A stretch of 64,000 bases of DNA from Octopus bimaculoides (Eukaryota): the NCBI RefSeq assembly GCF_001194135.2, contig NC_068998.1, positions 44,282,340 through 44,346,339 of the forward strand, in the 5' to 3' direction. Under the pieces are notes generated by a model. The model ran no database searches, was not told where the DNA came from, and worked only from the letters and a program-made list of their open reading frames with translations. A program made the translations under genes and the position numbers. The stretch's first letter is position 1. The number at the start of each line of letters is the position of its first letter. Positions 51,973 through 63,388 of the stretch are shown here, in pieces.

Positions 51973-53119
51973 TTAGTTTGAATTGTATGGTGATATTTTC
52001 ATGTTAAGGTTTATGGAACACATGAAATCATTTTGAGGAATTTGTTTGTAGTATATGTTGTCATTTTCAAAATAAATTGCTTATCCATGAATAGCTCTAG
52101 TAAACACTCACCCCTCTCACTGATATAGGGTTCTGGCTGAAGTATTAAATTTCTCTTTTCCTCACAGCATAGAATTTATTTATTTCACAGTTTGAATTTT
52201 TTGTAGTACTGCTTGCAAACACAGCCCATCGCAAGACCTGTGGGGAAGATTCCACTGTTTTTGCAGAATCATTTAGTTCATTAAACAAAAACTGCTGCTT
52301 CCATGAATTATTTCCCTTAGATGTTAAGACATCATACTCCCTTTGCGTTGCAAATTTACTCAGTGGCAACAAATATCAAAAACCCAACATATCAGGTGTA
52401 TTATCATTATTATTTATTAGTATGTGTGTGTGTATATGCATGTGTGTGTTGATTACAGTTTACAGTTTTTGACAAGTGAAGCAAATAATGCCAATATGAT
52501 TCGATGATTTCCAACCGAGATGTCTCTTTGTTCATCAATCCTGTGATTCCATAACAAACATTTCAACATGATAAATGTTCCTTTCATGTTTGGCAATAAA
52601 ACATAAGACAAGAGTGGAGGGGAAAAAACATCTCTAGATATTTCTAATTTTGTTTATTCTATTATTTCTCCACTCTTTGATTAGTGTTATAATATAAACA
52701 TTTAACTGAGATTATCAGCGATTTAATTTTATATATTGTTCAACTGAGATTATAAAATGTCTAAAATTATACACCGTGTTTAATTAACATTAATCAAAAC
52801 TTCAAAATCATATATAATTTACCAAATTGAAATTATCATAAAGTTTTAATTATTAACTTGTGTGTGGTGCTCTAAACTGACCCATGAGGCACTTCCCAAA
52901 ATAAGAGGCATCTATACAGGGCTATGCATAACCCTGCACTCAAAACCTCAGATGATCATAATGTACCAAAGACAAAGAGTTTCTCTTAGTTCTTACATCA
53001 ATCTACAACCATGGAGTCAGTGTAGGCACATCTAGCCATACTAATTTCACTCTTCTTTCAAAAAATTTACTGAAATGCAATACAGCAATGCTTTGTCTAC
53101 CCTCAAAGGGTAAAGGATA

Positions 53120-53405
53120 ACGATCCCTTTCAGTCATGAACGATCATGGGATGATTGCCCCTACAAACTTCCCCTCCAAGGCACAAGTCCAGGCAAAGAT
53201 GTTATCCAATGTTATCCAAGGCATGGGAAAGGCCAATATGGCTTGGCACCAGTGATATTGCAACTCAATTCTAGAGCTGAGTGAACTGGAGCAACATGAA
53301 ATAAAGTGTCTTGCTCAAGAACACAACACACCCTGCTCTGGGATTCTAACTCACTACCTCGTGGTTGTAAGCCCAATGCTCCAACAACTGAGCCATGTGC
53401 CTTCA
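53120..53405 (-). mobile_element. SINE with group F head/core and a different 3' tail
   Basis: gctgagtgaactggagcaacatgaaataaagtgtcttgctcaagaacacaac..caactgagccatgtgccttcac; the tail (tcagtcatgaacgatcatggga..ggcatgggaaaggcc) is unrelated to the 37405/51283 tail. Confidence 0.7.
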
Positions 53406-53634
53406 CCTTGCTTTTTAAGAGTACTACTCGAAGAAGTTGAGTTGAACTTGTCCCAAGAGGACAATACAGCAAAACAAGTGTAGTACACAAACAAATCTTA
53501 CATTCTCATAACTCAATGCTGTATGCATCACTGGAACACATATCAGCAACATTGCCCAGATGACCTTAGCAAATAAATATACTTATTCAGATATGTATAA
53601 TGATAATAATAATAATAATGATGATGATGATGAT

Positions 53635-53890
53635 AATCCTTTCTACTAAAGGTCTGAAATTTAGTGGGAGGGGCTAGTCAATTACATTGACCTGCATGCT
53701 CAACTGGTAGTAGGTGATTAGTTGATTACATCAACCCCAGTGTTTCACTGGTACTTAATTTGTTGACCCTGAAAGGATGAAAGGTGAAGTCGACCTCAGT
53801 GGAATTAGAACTCAGAACACTGTGACAGGAAAATATTGCTAAGCATTTCATTTAGTGTGCTAACAATTCTGCATGCTCACTACTTTAATA
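53635..53890 (-). mobile_element. SINE group B
   Basis: aaccccagtgtttcactggtacttaatt..gaaaggatgaaaggtgaagtcgacctcagtggaattagaactcagaac..gctaagcattt. Confidence 0.8.
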
Positions 53891-56359
53891 ATAATAATAA
53901 TAATAATAATAATAGTAGTAGGAAGAATAATAAAACACACACACATACTGACTTCAAGTTCTGCCTCTTGCAGTTAATTCAACCAGTGATTGAAATATAG
54001 AATTTGTAGATACTTATACAAAAAGATATGCTCATAAATGTGGGTGGAGATGTGGTAATTCATGAATTAGAGAGGATATAGGTGAATATTTTGTATTCTA
54101 ACATAGCTGGTGGCCTGCATGTGCATCATAGAAAACTAAATGACAAAAAAAAAAAATGAAAGAAAGAAAAGGAGTTATGAGTGGAAAATAGAGAAAAGAT
54201 GAAGAGAAGGAAAAGAGTACAAATGGAATAAAGACAGGAAAATTAAAAGAGGAGATGAGGAAGAGAGAAAAGCACATGATGAAGGGAAAGTAGAGCCAAA
54301 TAAAGAAGGAATAGAGAGAAGAAAATACGAAGTCAACAGTCATCTTTATCTGCTGCCCTTCTTACATTTCTACCAATGTGCACACATATACGCACAAATA
54401 GATAATTTGACCAATCTTTTGCTATAAGACCTATCTTTTGCTCAAAGACCTTTTTTTCTAAAATCCCCATCAGATACATTCTTCAGGTTTATTTTGAAAT
54501 TAACTCCCTAAAAAATATTTCTCCTCCTCCCTTTCATTCCCTTATTTCTTTTCTTTCTCCTACTCACCTCTCATCTTTTTTTTTTTTTTCCATCTTTGCA
54601 TCGTTTTTGCTTTTCCTTTATCTTCCCTCCTTATTGTACCCTTCTTTTTTCTTTCTTTTCTATCTACAGAAGTGATTCTCATTTATCTTACTATTTTTCT
54701 TCTGCTCCTTTCTGTTTCCTTTCTAGTTTTATATAACATATACAGTCATCCTTAAAATGTAACCTCCCACTTGTTCTCAGGAAAAAAAAAATTTACCAAT
54801 ATCCTCTTACATAAATGAACCCTCTGATTCCCACCCTGTTTTATGAACAAATCTTCTGGTATAAATATCTGCAAATTCTCTATCTAAATAACTGGTTGAA
54901 TAAGCTTCAAGAAATGAAATTTATAGCCCCAGTTAACCCAATATATGATATGTATNNNNNNNNNNNNNNNNNNNNNNNNNNNNNNNNNNNNNNNNNNNNN
55001 NNNNNNNNNNNNNNNNNNNNNNNNNNNNNNNNNNNNNNNNNNNNNNNNNNNNNNNNNNNNNNNNNNNNNNNNNNNNNNNNNNNNNNNNNNNNNNNNNNNN
55101 NNNNNNNNNNNNNNNNNNNNNNNNNNNNNNNNNNNNNNNNNNNNNNNNNNNNNNNNNNNNNNNNNNNNNNNNNNNNNNNNNNNNNNNNNNNNNNNNNNNN
55201 NNNNNNNNNNNNNNNNNNNNNNNNNNNNNNNNNNNNNNNATATATATATATATATATATAATATAGACATATATATAAGATGCAGGCAGAGGCATATCTG
55301 TGTGGTAAGAAGTTTGCTTGTCAACCAAATGGTTCCTGGTTCAGTCTCACTCATGTGCCGCATTTCAGATTGTAGTCTCCACTGCCTTGATCAACAAAGA
55401 GATAGCATTCATTAACCAATCCCCTGGGACTGTTAACAGAATACCTAGGTTCTGCTTGATGAACATCACTACTCATCATCAACATCCAGCATTTCAAATC
55501 CGGGTTTTGTCCCTGTTAATGGGGACGGTCAGATCTACCTCAATACCATAGCAATCGAGGTTGGCAGGTGCAGCCCACACCAACATTTGAGCTGGCTCCT
55601 TTGCCAGCATGATGCTTTTGTGGAGCTGGATTTTCTATGGGGAGCATGCCCTTGCTTACCCCACAACCTCAGTTTCTAGACATGAGTGATCCCGAGACCA
55701 ACGCCTCTACCATGATTTTTAAGAAATGTGGTGGAAACTAGCTCAGGAAGGCAGGGACGCTACTGTGATAACTAAAAAGTTTTCTTTTTCTTGATCACTG
55801 ATGACAATTCTTGCCCAAAGGCTTTCACCTTTTTCCAATCTTTGAATATAAAGGAACCAGCTTTGCTCAAGAATGTGGTGATTTCTAAGTTTACATGGTT
55901 GGCTTCTAATAGATCCCCAAGTGTAGTGAACTTTTTTTGTTTCCTGTATTGGACTAGAATTTGCTGTACTGATGCAGCTCATGCATTTTAAAAAGACATA
56001 TAAATACTTAAAATTTGCTACATGCTGCACACATTTACATTTAGGTTGCATTCCATTTATGGCCAACTAAAGCTTGTTCGCAAATACCAGCATACCCAGA
56101 ATACATGTATGTGTGTGTGTGTGTATGTGTGTGTATGTGTGCGTGTGTGCCTGCATGTCTTGTGTGTATTTGCTTTTACTCCTTTTAGATAAATATGCGA
56201 CATTTGCAAAAAGATTTGTACAAAAAGAAACCATAATCAAAGAGAGAGGGTGGTGGCGGTGGTAGTGGTGGTGGTGGTAGGAAGCAGTAGTAGTAGTAGT
56301 ATGTATGATGGTTTCAATAAAATTAATGCTTTAAAAGTATTTACTGAATAGAATTTTCT

Positions 56360-56412
56360 TTTCATTTCTTATATATATATGCATACATACATATATATAC
56401 ATATATATATAT

Positions 56413-56449
<37 letters not shown>

Positions 56450-56687
56450 TATGTATGTGTAGATATATATGTATAGATATATATACATACATATTTGTAT
56501 ATATATATATATATACATATATGTATGTACATATACACATGTGTGTATACTTATGCATATATACATATTTACATATGTATATATACACACATGTTTGTAT
56601 ACTTATGTATATATATATGGATATTAGCGTCAAAGCTCTTATTTAAATTATATATATATATATATATGTATATATGTNNNNNNNNNN

Positions 56688-56780
<93 letters not shown>

Positions 56781-56935
56781 ATGTATACACATATATATAC
56801 ATGTATGTATATGTGTACGCATGCATATGTGTCTCTGTCTGTCTATCTCTCTATATATACATATATGCATACACACATGTACATACACACATACACATAT
56901 ATATACATACATACATAGACAAATGTGTGTCTGTG
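56360..56935. repeat. Compound TA/CA/TG microsatellite field
   Basis: Read directly. Confidence 0.95.
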
Positions 56936-57242
56936 TGTAAATATAAAATTTAAGTTAAAAAAGTAAATAAAAAATAAACAAAACATTTTGTAGGTATTCA
57001 ATTCAATCTAATTTTTCACACGATTTTCAGTTTTTATTGAGTGAAATGAATCTACAATTTCTCAGAAACGAAGCTTACATATATATATATAAAGAGGGAG
57101 TGGAGGAAGGAAAGAGGAAGAAAAAGAGGAAGGGGAGTTGTAGACATGGAAAATTGGCAAGACATTCATAATCATTAAATTCATGAACTATATAATATGT
57201 AAATGTTGGTAAATGGGCAGCATATAGAAATCATCATCTAAT

Positions 57243-57411
57243 ATATATGGCACAGACATAGCTGTGTGGCAAGATGGTTGCCTCCCAAGCCACATGGTTT
57301 TGGGTTCAGTTGCATGGCATGCCACTTTGGGCAAACGTCTTCTACTATAGCCTCGGGCTGACCCAAGCTTTGTGAGTAGATTTGGTAGACTGAAGCAGAA
57401 AGAAGCCTGTC

Positions 57412-57451
<40 letters not shown>

Positions 57452-58275
57452 GTAAAAATATGTGACACTTATTCGGTAGCCATAATAAAAGTGTCAGGTA
57501 TTTTTACAGATAAACTCCTCTATTTACATAATATCAAGGTCTCTTTCTTTTGTTGTCCTTCCTATCAATATATATATATATATAGTTCAAAAAAACAATA
57601 ACAAAAAAACAACAAAGTGAGGACGTGATATGGATAGTATTATTGGACGCTCAGGAAAGGAAAGAGAGAGTGTATGACGTTTCGGGCGTAGCCCTTCGTC
57701 GGAAAGATGTCAACAAGGATGTCCAGAGGTAATGCAGAGGTAACTGCATTACTTTTNNNNNNNNNNNNNNNNNNNNNNNNNNNNNNNNNNNNNNNNNNNN
57801 NNNNNNNNNNNNNNNNNNNNNNNNNNNNNNNNNNNNNNNGCAACAAGGATATCCAAAAGTAATGCAGTTACCTCTGCATTACCTCTGGACATCCTTGTTG
57901 ATTATTTTGATTTTAATCACATTACTTTGAAATTGTATGGATAATACCGTACTAAATTCCGGTGCCTCAACTTAGGTACCATATTCACCTGAATCTATAT
58001 ATATATATATAGAGAGAGAGAGATAGATGCACATGCATATATATCTACGTGTTTGTTTATCTTTGTGTCTGTGTTTCTCCCCAAAACTGCTTGGAAACTT
58101 TAGTTGATGTGTTTACATCCCTCTATGATAGCAGTTCAACAAAAGAGACTGATAGAATAAGTACAAGGCTTAAGACAAAATTATTAATATTGGGTCAATT
58201 CTTTTGACTAAAATTCATCAAATGGTGCTCCAGTATGGCTGCAGTCCAATGACTGAAACAAGTAAAAGATAAAAA
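57243..58275 (+). mobile_element. SINE group A split by insertions (head ~57243-57415, tail ~58045-58275)
   Basis: The head and core end at gaagcctgtcgtgtatata; the tail (gtgtttacatccc..gactgatagaataagtac..gactgaaacaagtaaaagat) resumes about 630 bp later. Confidence 0.7.
57455..57710 (-). mobile_element. Probable Penelope-like element terminal-repeat fragment with hammerhead-like core
   Basis: Minus strand CCGACGA A GGGC-UAC-GCCC GAAA CGUC at 57676-57702; the assignment rests on this motif and on recalled Penelope terminal-repeat composition. Confidence 0.5.
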
Positions 58276-58511
58276 GTGTATTTACATTTTGTTTTATGTT
58301 AGTTTTATAAAAAGATATATACATTTTTATTAAATTCACTGTGATCTGTATGTCATATTTATTAATGACACTTTATAATTAGAGGGGAAGATGAATTAAA
58401 TTATGTAATTTAATTATTCATCTCAATTATCTGAAGCACTGAAAGCCGAAAGTATACACATGCTTTTGCACACCTTCAAACATGTATCAGTTTGTATGTG
58501 TGTGTCAAAAT

Positions 58512-58561
<50 letters not shown>

Positions 58562-58602
58562 GCGTACATACACACTCACACACACACACGCACTCACACA
58601 CA

Positions 58603-58975
58603 TCATCATCGTTTAACATTTGTTTTCCATGCTGGCATGGGTTGGACGGTTTGACTGGGGACTGACAAGCCAAGAGGCTGCACCAGACTCCAATCTGATC
58701 TGGCAGTGTTTTTACAGCTGGATGTCCTTCCTAACGCCAGCCACACCGAGAGTATAGTGGGTGCTTTTTATGTCCCACCAGCATGGGAGCCAGTCAGGCG
58801 GCACTGGCATTGGCCAAATTCGGATGGTGCTTTTTACGTGCTATTGGCATAGGAGCCAGACAGGGTGGGGAGGCTGGCATCGACCATGCTTAGATGCTGC
58901 TTTTTACATTCCACTGGCATGGGGAGCCAGTCAGGTGACACTGACAACGGCCCATGCATGCATAGTACTTATTGC
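58603..58975 (-). mobile_element. SINE-like group C with three ~68-bp internal sub-repeats
   Basis: catcatcgtttaac..ccatgctggcatgggttggacgg..cagctggatgtccttcctaacgcc, then three gtgctttt..ggcatgggagccag units. Confidence 0.8.
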
Positions 58976-59977
58976 ATGCCACCAGCATTTATATATATAT
59001 ATATGCTTTTATATATATATAAAGCCTGATATCTTACATTCTTGTGTTATATTATTCTCATATTAATCTTATGCAAAGAGGAGTTCCACATGTGTATCAA
59101 ACCCTGGAACATACCCTATGGTAGGATATCACATGGTAGTCAAATAGTGACATAAGAGCTCTTAAATTCAAATTACTATATNNNNNNNNNNNNNNNNNNN
59201 NNNNNNNNNNNNNNNNNNNNNNNNNNNNNNNNNNNNNNNNNNNNNNNNNNNNNNNNNNNNNNNNNNNNNNNNNNNNNNNNNNNNNNNNNNNNNNNNNNNN
59301 NNNNNNNNNNNNNNNNNNNNNNNNNNNNNNNNNNNNNNNNNNNNNNNNNNNNNNNNNNNNNNNNNNNNNNNNNNNNNNNNNNNNNNNNNNNNNNNNNNNN
59401 NNNNNNNNNNNNNNNNNNNNNNNNNNNNNNNNNNNNNNNNNNNNNNNNNNNNNNNNNNNNNNNNNNNNNNNNNNNNNNNNNNNNNNNNNNNNNNNNNNNN
59501 NNNNNNNNNNNNNNNNNNNNNNNNNNNNNNNNNNNNNNNNNNNNNNNNNNNNNNNNNNNNNNNNNNNNNNNNNNNNNNNNNNNNNNNNNNNNNNNNNNNN
59601 NNNNNNNNNNNNNNNNNNNNNNNNNNNNNNNNNNNNNNNNNNNNNNNNNNNNNNNNNNNNNNNNNNNNNNNNNNNNNNNNNNNNNNNNNNNNNNNNNNNN
59701 NNNNNNNNNNNNNNNNNNNNNNNNNNNNNNNNNNNNNNNNNNNNNNNNNNNNNNNNNNNNNNNNNNNNNNNNNNNNNNNNNNNNNNNNNNNNNNNNNNNN
59801 NNNNNNNNNNNNNNNNNNNNNNNNNNNNNNNNNNNNNNNNNNNNNNNNNNNNNNNNNNNNNNNNNNNNNNNNNNNNNNNNNNNNNNNNNNNNNNNNNNNN
59901 NNNNNNNNNNNNNNNNNNNNNNNNNNNNNNNNNNNNNNNNNNNNNNNNNNNNNNNNNNNNNNNNNNNNNNNNNNNNN

Positions 59978-59999
<22 letters not shown>

Positions 60000-60042
<43 letters not shown>

Positions 60043-60613
60043 CACACACTTATATGCACTCATACATGCACATCCAAGTATGTGGGTATATACATGCAAC
60101 TAGACACATGCGCTTACGCACACGTAGTTTACGAATGCATACATATATATATGTGTAGGAACTCATATATACAGGCACACACACACATGTGTGTATATGT
60201 GTAGAGATATACATATGTCTACATCCCTATTGATGCACATTTGCATTTTTTTGCTTTTTTTTGTTTTTGTTTTTTTATAGGTGCATGTATATATTAATGT
60301 GAATTTGTGTATACGTATACATGGGTGTATGTTTATATGTGTATATGCATACATATATGCATCTGTATGTGTGTATGTGTATATGTATGTGTGTGTATAT
60401 ATTTACTTATTTGTATATATGTATGTGTGCATATGTCAAACTTTGCACAGACATTTATTTATGCTCTGTGCGTATATTTATGTATACATGCGTGTGTGTG
60501 CCTATATATATATTTATGTACATATTCGTCAATATATGTGCATATGCACATGCATTTAGTCGCAAGTATATATCCACATAATTGAATGTGTATATGTGAG
60601 CGCGTATGTATAA

Positions 60614-60657
<44 letters not shown>
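60000..60657. repeat. Degenerate TA/TG microsatellite field
   Basis: Read directly. Confidence 0.9.
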
Positions 60658-61281
60658 NNNNNNNNNNNNNNNNNNNNNNNNNNNNNNNNNNNNNNNNNNN
60701 NNNNNNNNNNNNNNNNNNNNNNNNNNNNNNNNNNNNNNNNNNNNNNNNNNNNNNNNNNNTTGAATTTTTCGTGTTTCAACTTTACTCTGTATTTTATTTA
60801 TTCCCAAAGTCGACGGGCATTTACCAATACATAAAACCGAATATATATATACATATGTATCTCTGTATGTATATGTGTATATTAGCATGAATACAAGAAT
60901 ACTTTTTCATTTAAGTATTACCTTCCTTTCTACTTCCTTTTCTTTCTCAACAGTTACAACAGCAATGGCTCATTACGTCATTTTCTCTAAACTAGAATTT
61001 TCACGTTCATATTTGAATTTTTCGTGTTTCAACTTTACTCTGTATTTTATTTATTCCCAAAGTCGACGGGCATTTACCAATACATAAAACCGAATATATA
61101 TATACATACATGTATATATATATATATTGGAAGGTATGGAGGTGATATACAGAAATTATATATTGAAAAAATAATAAGGTACTCAGATAACTGGGTGGTT
61201 GTACATTTACAGACTTTTATTAATGTCACATGCTTTATAAATATTAGCACTTGCATCTATTCTTGTAGGTTCTTCAAAATA

Positions 61282-61332
<51 letters not shown>

Positions 61333-62538
61333 TTTTATTACAGCTACAAAATTATCACAAAACTGTTACTCAGAGTTTCATGTTCCTGTTCGACAGACAA
61401 TTGTGAGGAAAACTCATACATATATATATATATGCATGTATGCATACATGTATGTGATGGTTCCTCCCTGTCTTGACATTGTTAAATAGCTGTAAACAAG
61501 TGTCACCACTATGCAGTCAGTATCATTCATTTCCAACCTTCCAATGTTTTATATCCTTGTATTGGAAATATAATATAACGAAGCAGGAAGAAGAAAGTAT
61601 ATACACGATGCACTAATATTACTATTACACAAGACTCAATGCTCTATATCAACAGTTCACAGTGAACTGCTACCAACATGAACTGCCAATTGCTGACTGT
61701 TCTTTGTTTTATAACAATAAGTCAGTCCACCTTAGTCACTTGGTGGTGGTCGGAATCCTTCCACAACACAATAAAACCTGATCGATAATGAGAAAAACAG
61801 GTAAGGGTTGCCAGTAGGAAGGGTATCCAGTGGTAGAAAACCTGCCTTGATGAATTTCATCTGATCTGTGTAAGTTTGAAAACTTCAACATTAAAAACAG
61901 TTACAGCAATGAGACAGACAGACTGGTAGGCAGACAAATGGATGGGTAGATGACTAGCTAGCAAGATAGATAGATAGATAGATAGACAGATGTAAACTTT
62001 TTTTTTTATAATTGACATTTATAAGAAAATATCGAATTATGTTTTATTATCCAATCCACTGGTGAGCCATTTTTGAGTTATGGTGTCAAATGTATATGAT
62101 GTTTACTATGATAAAATGAATACAGAATTGATCTTTGACTCACACGCATATATGTACGTATGAATGAATATGTTTGTATGGATGTGTGTATGTTTGTGTG
62201 CATGTAATTTTCTTCTCTATTTTCCCTCTACCACAGTTTCTCCTTCTCTCACACACACACACTAAGACTAGAGTGATTGAATTGTTGACATAACTGATAT
62301 TGTTTCCTGATATGTTTTTCACGTCTAGAGTCTAAGTACAATTTACATTTGTATCTGCCATTGGCAACGTTGTTTTTTTTTTTTTTATCCATTTTCTGCT
62401 GTTTTGTTGTAATTATTATTATTGATATTGATTTCGCCCTTTAATCATTGTAAATCCCCAACTGTTTCTTTTTCTTTTTTTGGTATTTTACTTTTGTATT
62501 ATACCCAATATCTTAGGCCTTTGTAACAAATAATATAA

Positions 62539-62586
<48 letters not shown>

Positions 62587-62976
62587 GTAGATGACAAGAG
62601 AGTTTGTGTCAGAATCTATGGTGCTCTAAAGCACCCAATGGTGCTTCAGAGTTTACAATTTCACCTGTTTTACCTTCTCAGGTGAAATCTTGCTGAAATC
62701 AATACCATCTTTCACCTTGAAAGGTAAATAAACAAACAACTAATCTAGCACAAGGGGCAATTTGAGGGACTGTACGCTCACCCACAATGCCAACCATTTT
62801 TTACCTTCTCATTTAACAAAGACAAATGAGTGACTGGAGGAGTAGAACAAGCAAAGTGGTGGCATAGTAAACAAATTTTTGGTGGAATGACAAAATTATT
62901 AAAATGGTGGAGGAAATTGCAGAGGAACATAAATTGTACATATAATTGAACATATACTGTGGTGCAATTTATAAAT

Positions 62977-63095
62977 AGGAACATAAATTGTGACTAAGGT
63001 TTGGTAGAAGATTTTAATTAAGAACTTTTGAAAACGAGACACTTGTACCACAGAGCCAGATGTGGTTTCAGGCGGGTTGGTATCAAGAGGGTTAA
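62977..63095. mobile_element. MITE family M2-type, partial copy (left arm of inverted pair)
   Basis: aggaacataaattgtgactaaggtttgg..ggttggtatcaagagggTTAA. Confidence 0.85.
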
Positions 63096-63172
63096 GATAA
63101 TATCCCAGCCTATGAGAAATAGGAGCTGAATCACTTGCCCTTTTCTTTCTCTGTTTCATCATTACCCACATC

Positions 63173-63388
63173 TTAATCCTCTTGATACCAACCCGCCTGA
63201 AACCACATCTGGCTCTGGGGTACAAGTGTCTCGTTTTCAAAAGTCCTCAATTAAAGTCTTCCACCAAACCTTAGTCACAATTTATGTTCCTAAACATAAG
63301 TTATTTTACTAAACTCTTCATTATATTTAAAATTAATTAAAAGAAACACAGAGTATCTCACCAGAAATATGTTAACAAAAGGGTTAAA
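63173..63388. mobile_element. MITE family M2-type, complete copy (right arm of inverted pair)
   Basis: TTAATCCTCTTGATACCAAC..CAAAAGGGTTAA. Confidence 0.88.

Noticed and set aside
54130-54730. Purine tract followed by pyrimidine tract (possible fold-back or H-DNA)
   Set aside because: Only compositional complementarity; no specific inverted or mirror repeat found by eye.
55400-56010. GC-elevated stretch with several 66-107 aa ORFs
   Set aside because: The minus strand contains a degenerate V-like core and a (GAT)n tail, consistent with an old retroposon rather than exons.
4959-60099. Long ORFs (150-360 aa) in the ORF track
   Set aside because: They run through N-gaps (X residues) and TA/CA microsatellites and are not real reading frames.
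60760-61106. Identical ~94-bp direct repeat (60760-60853 and 61013-61106)
   Set aside because: The first copy starts exactly at a gap edge, so contig-end overlap is the more likely cause; a real ~253-bp tandem cannot be excluded without long reads.
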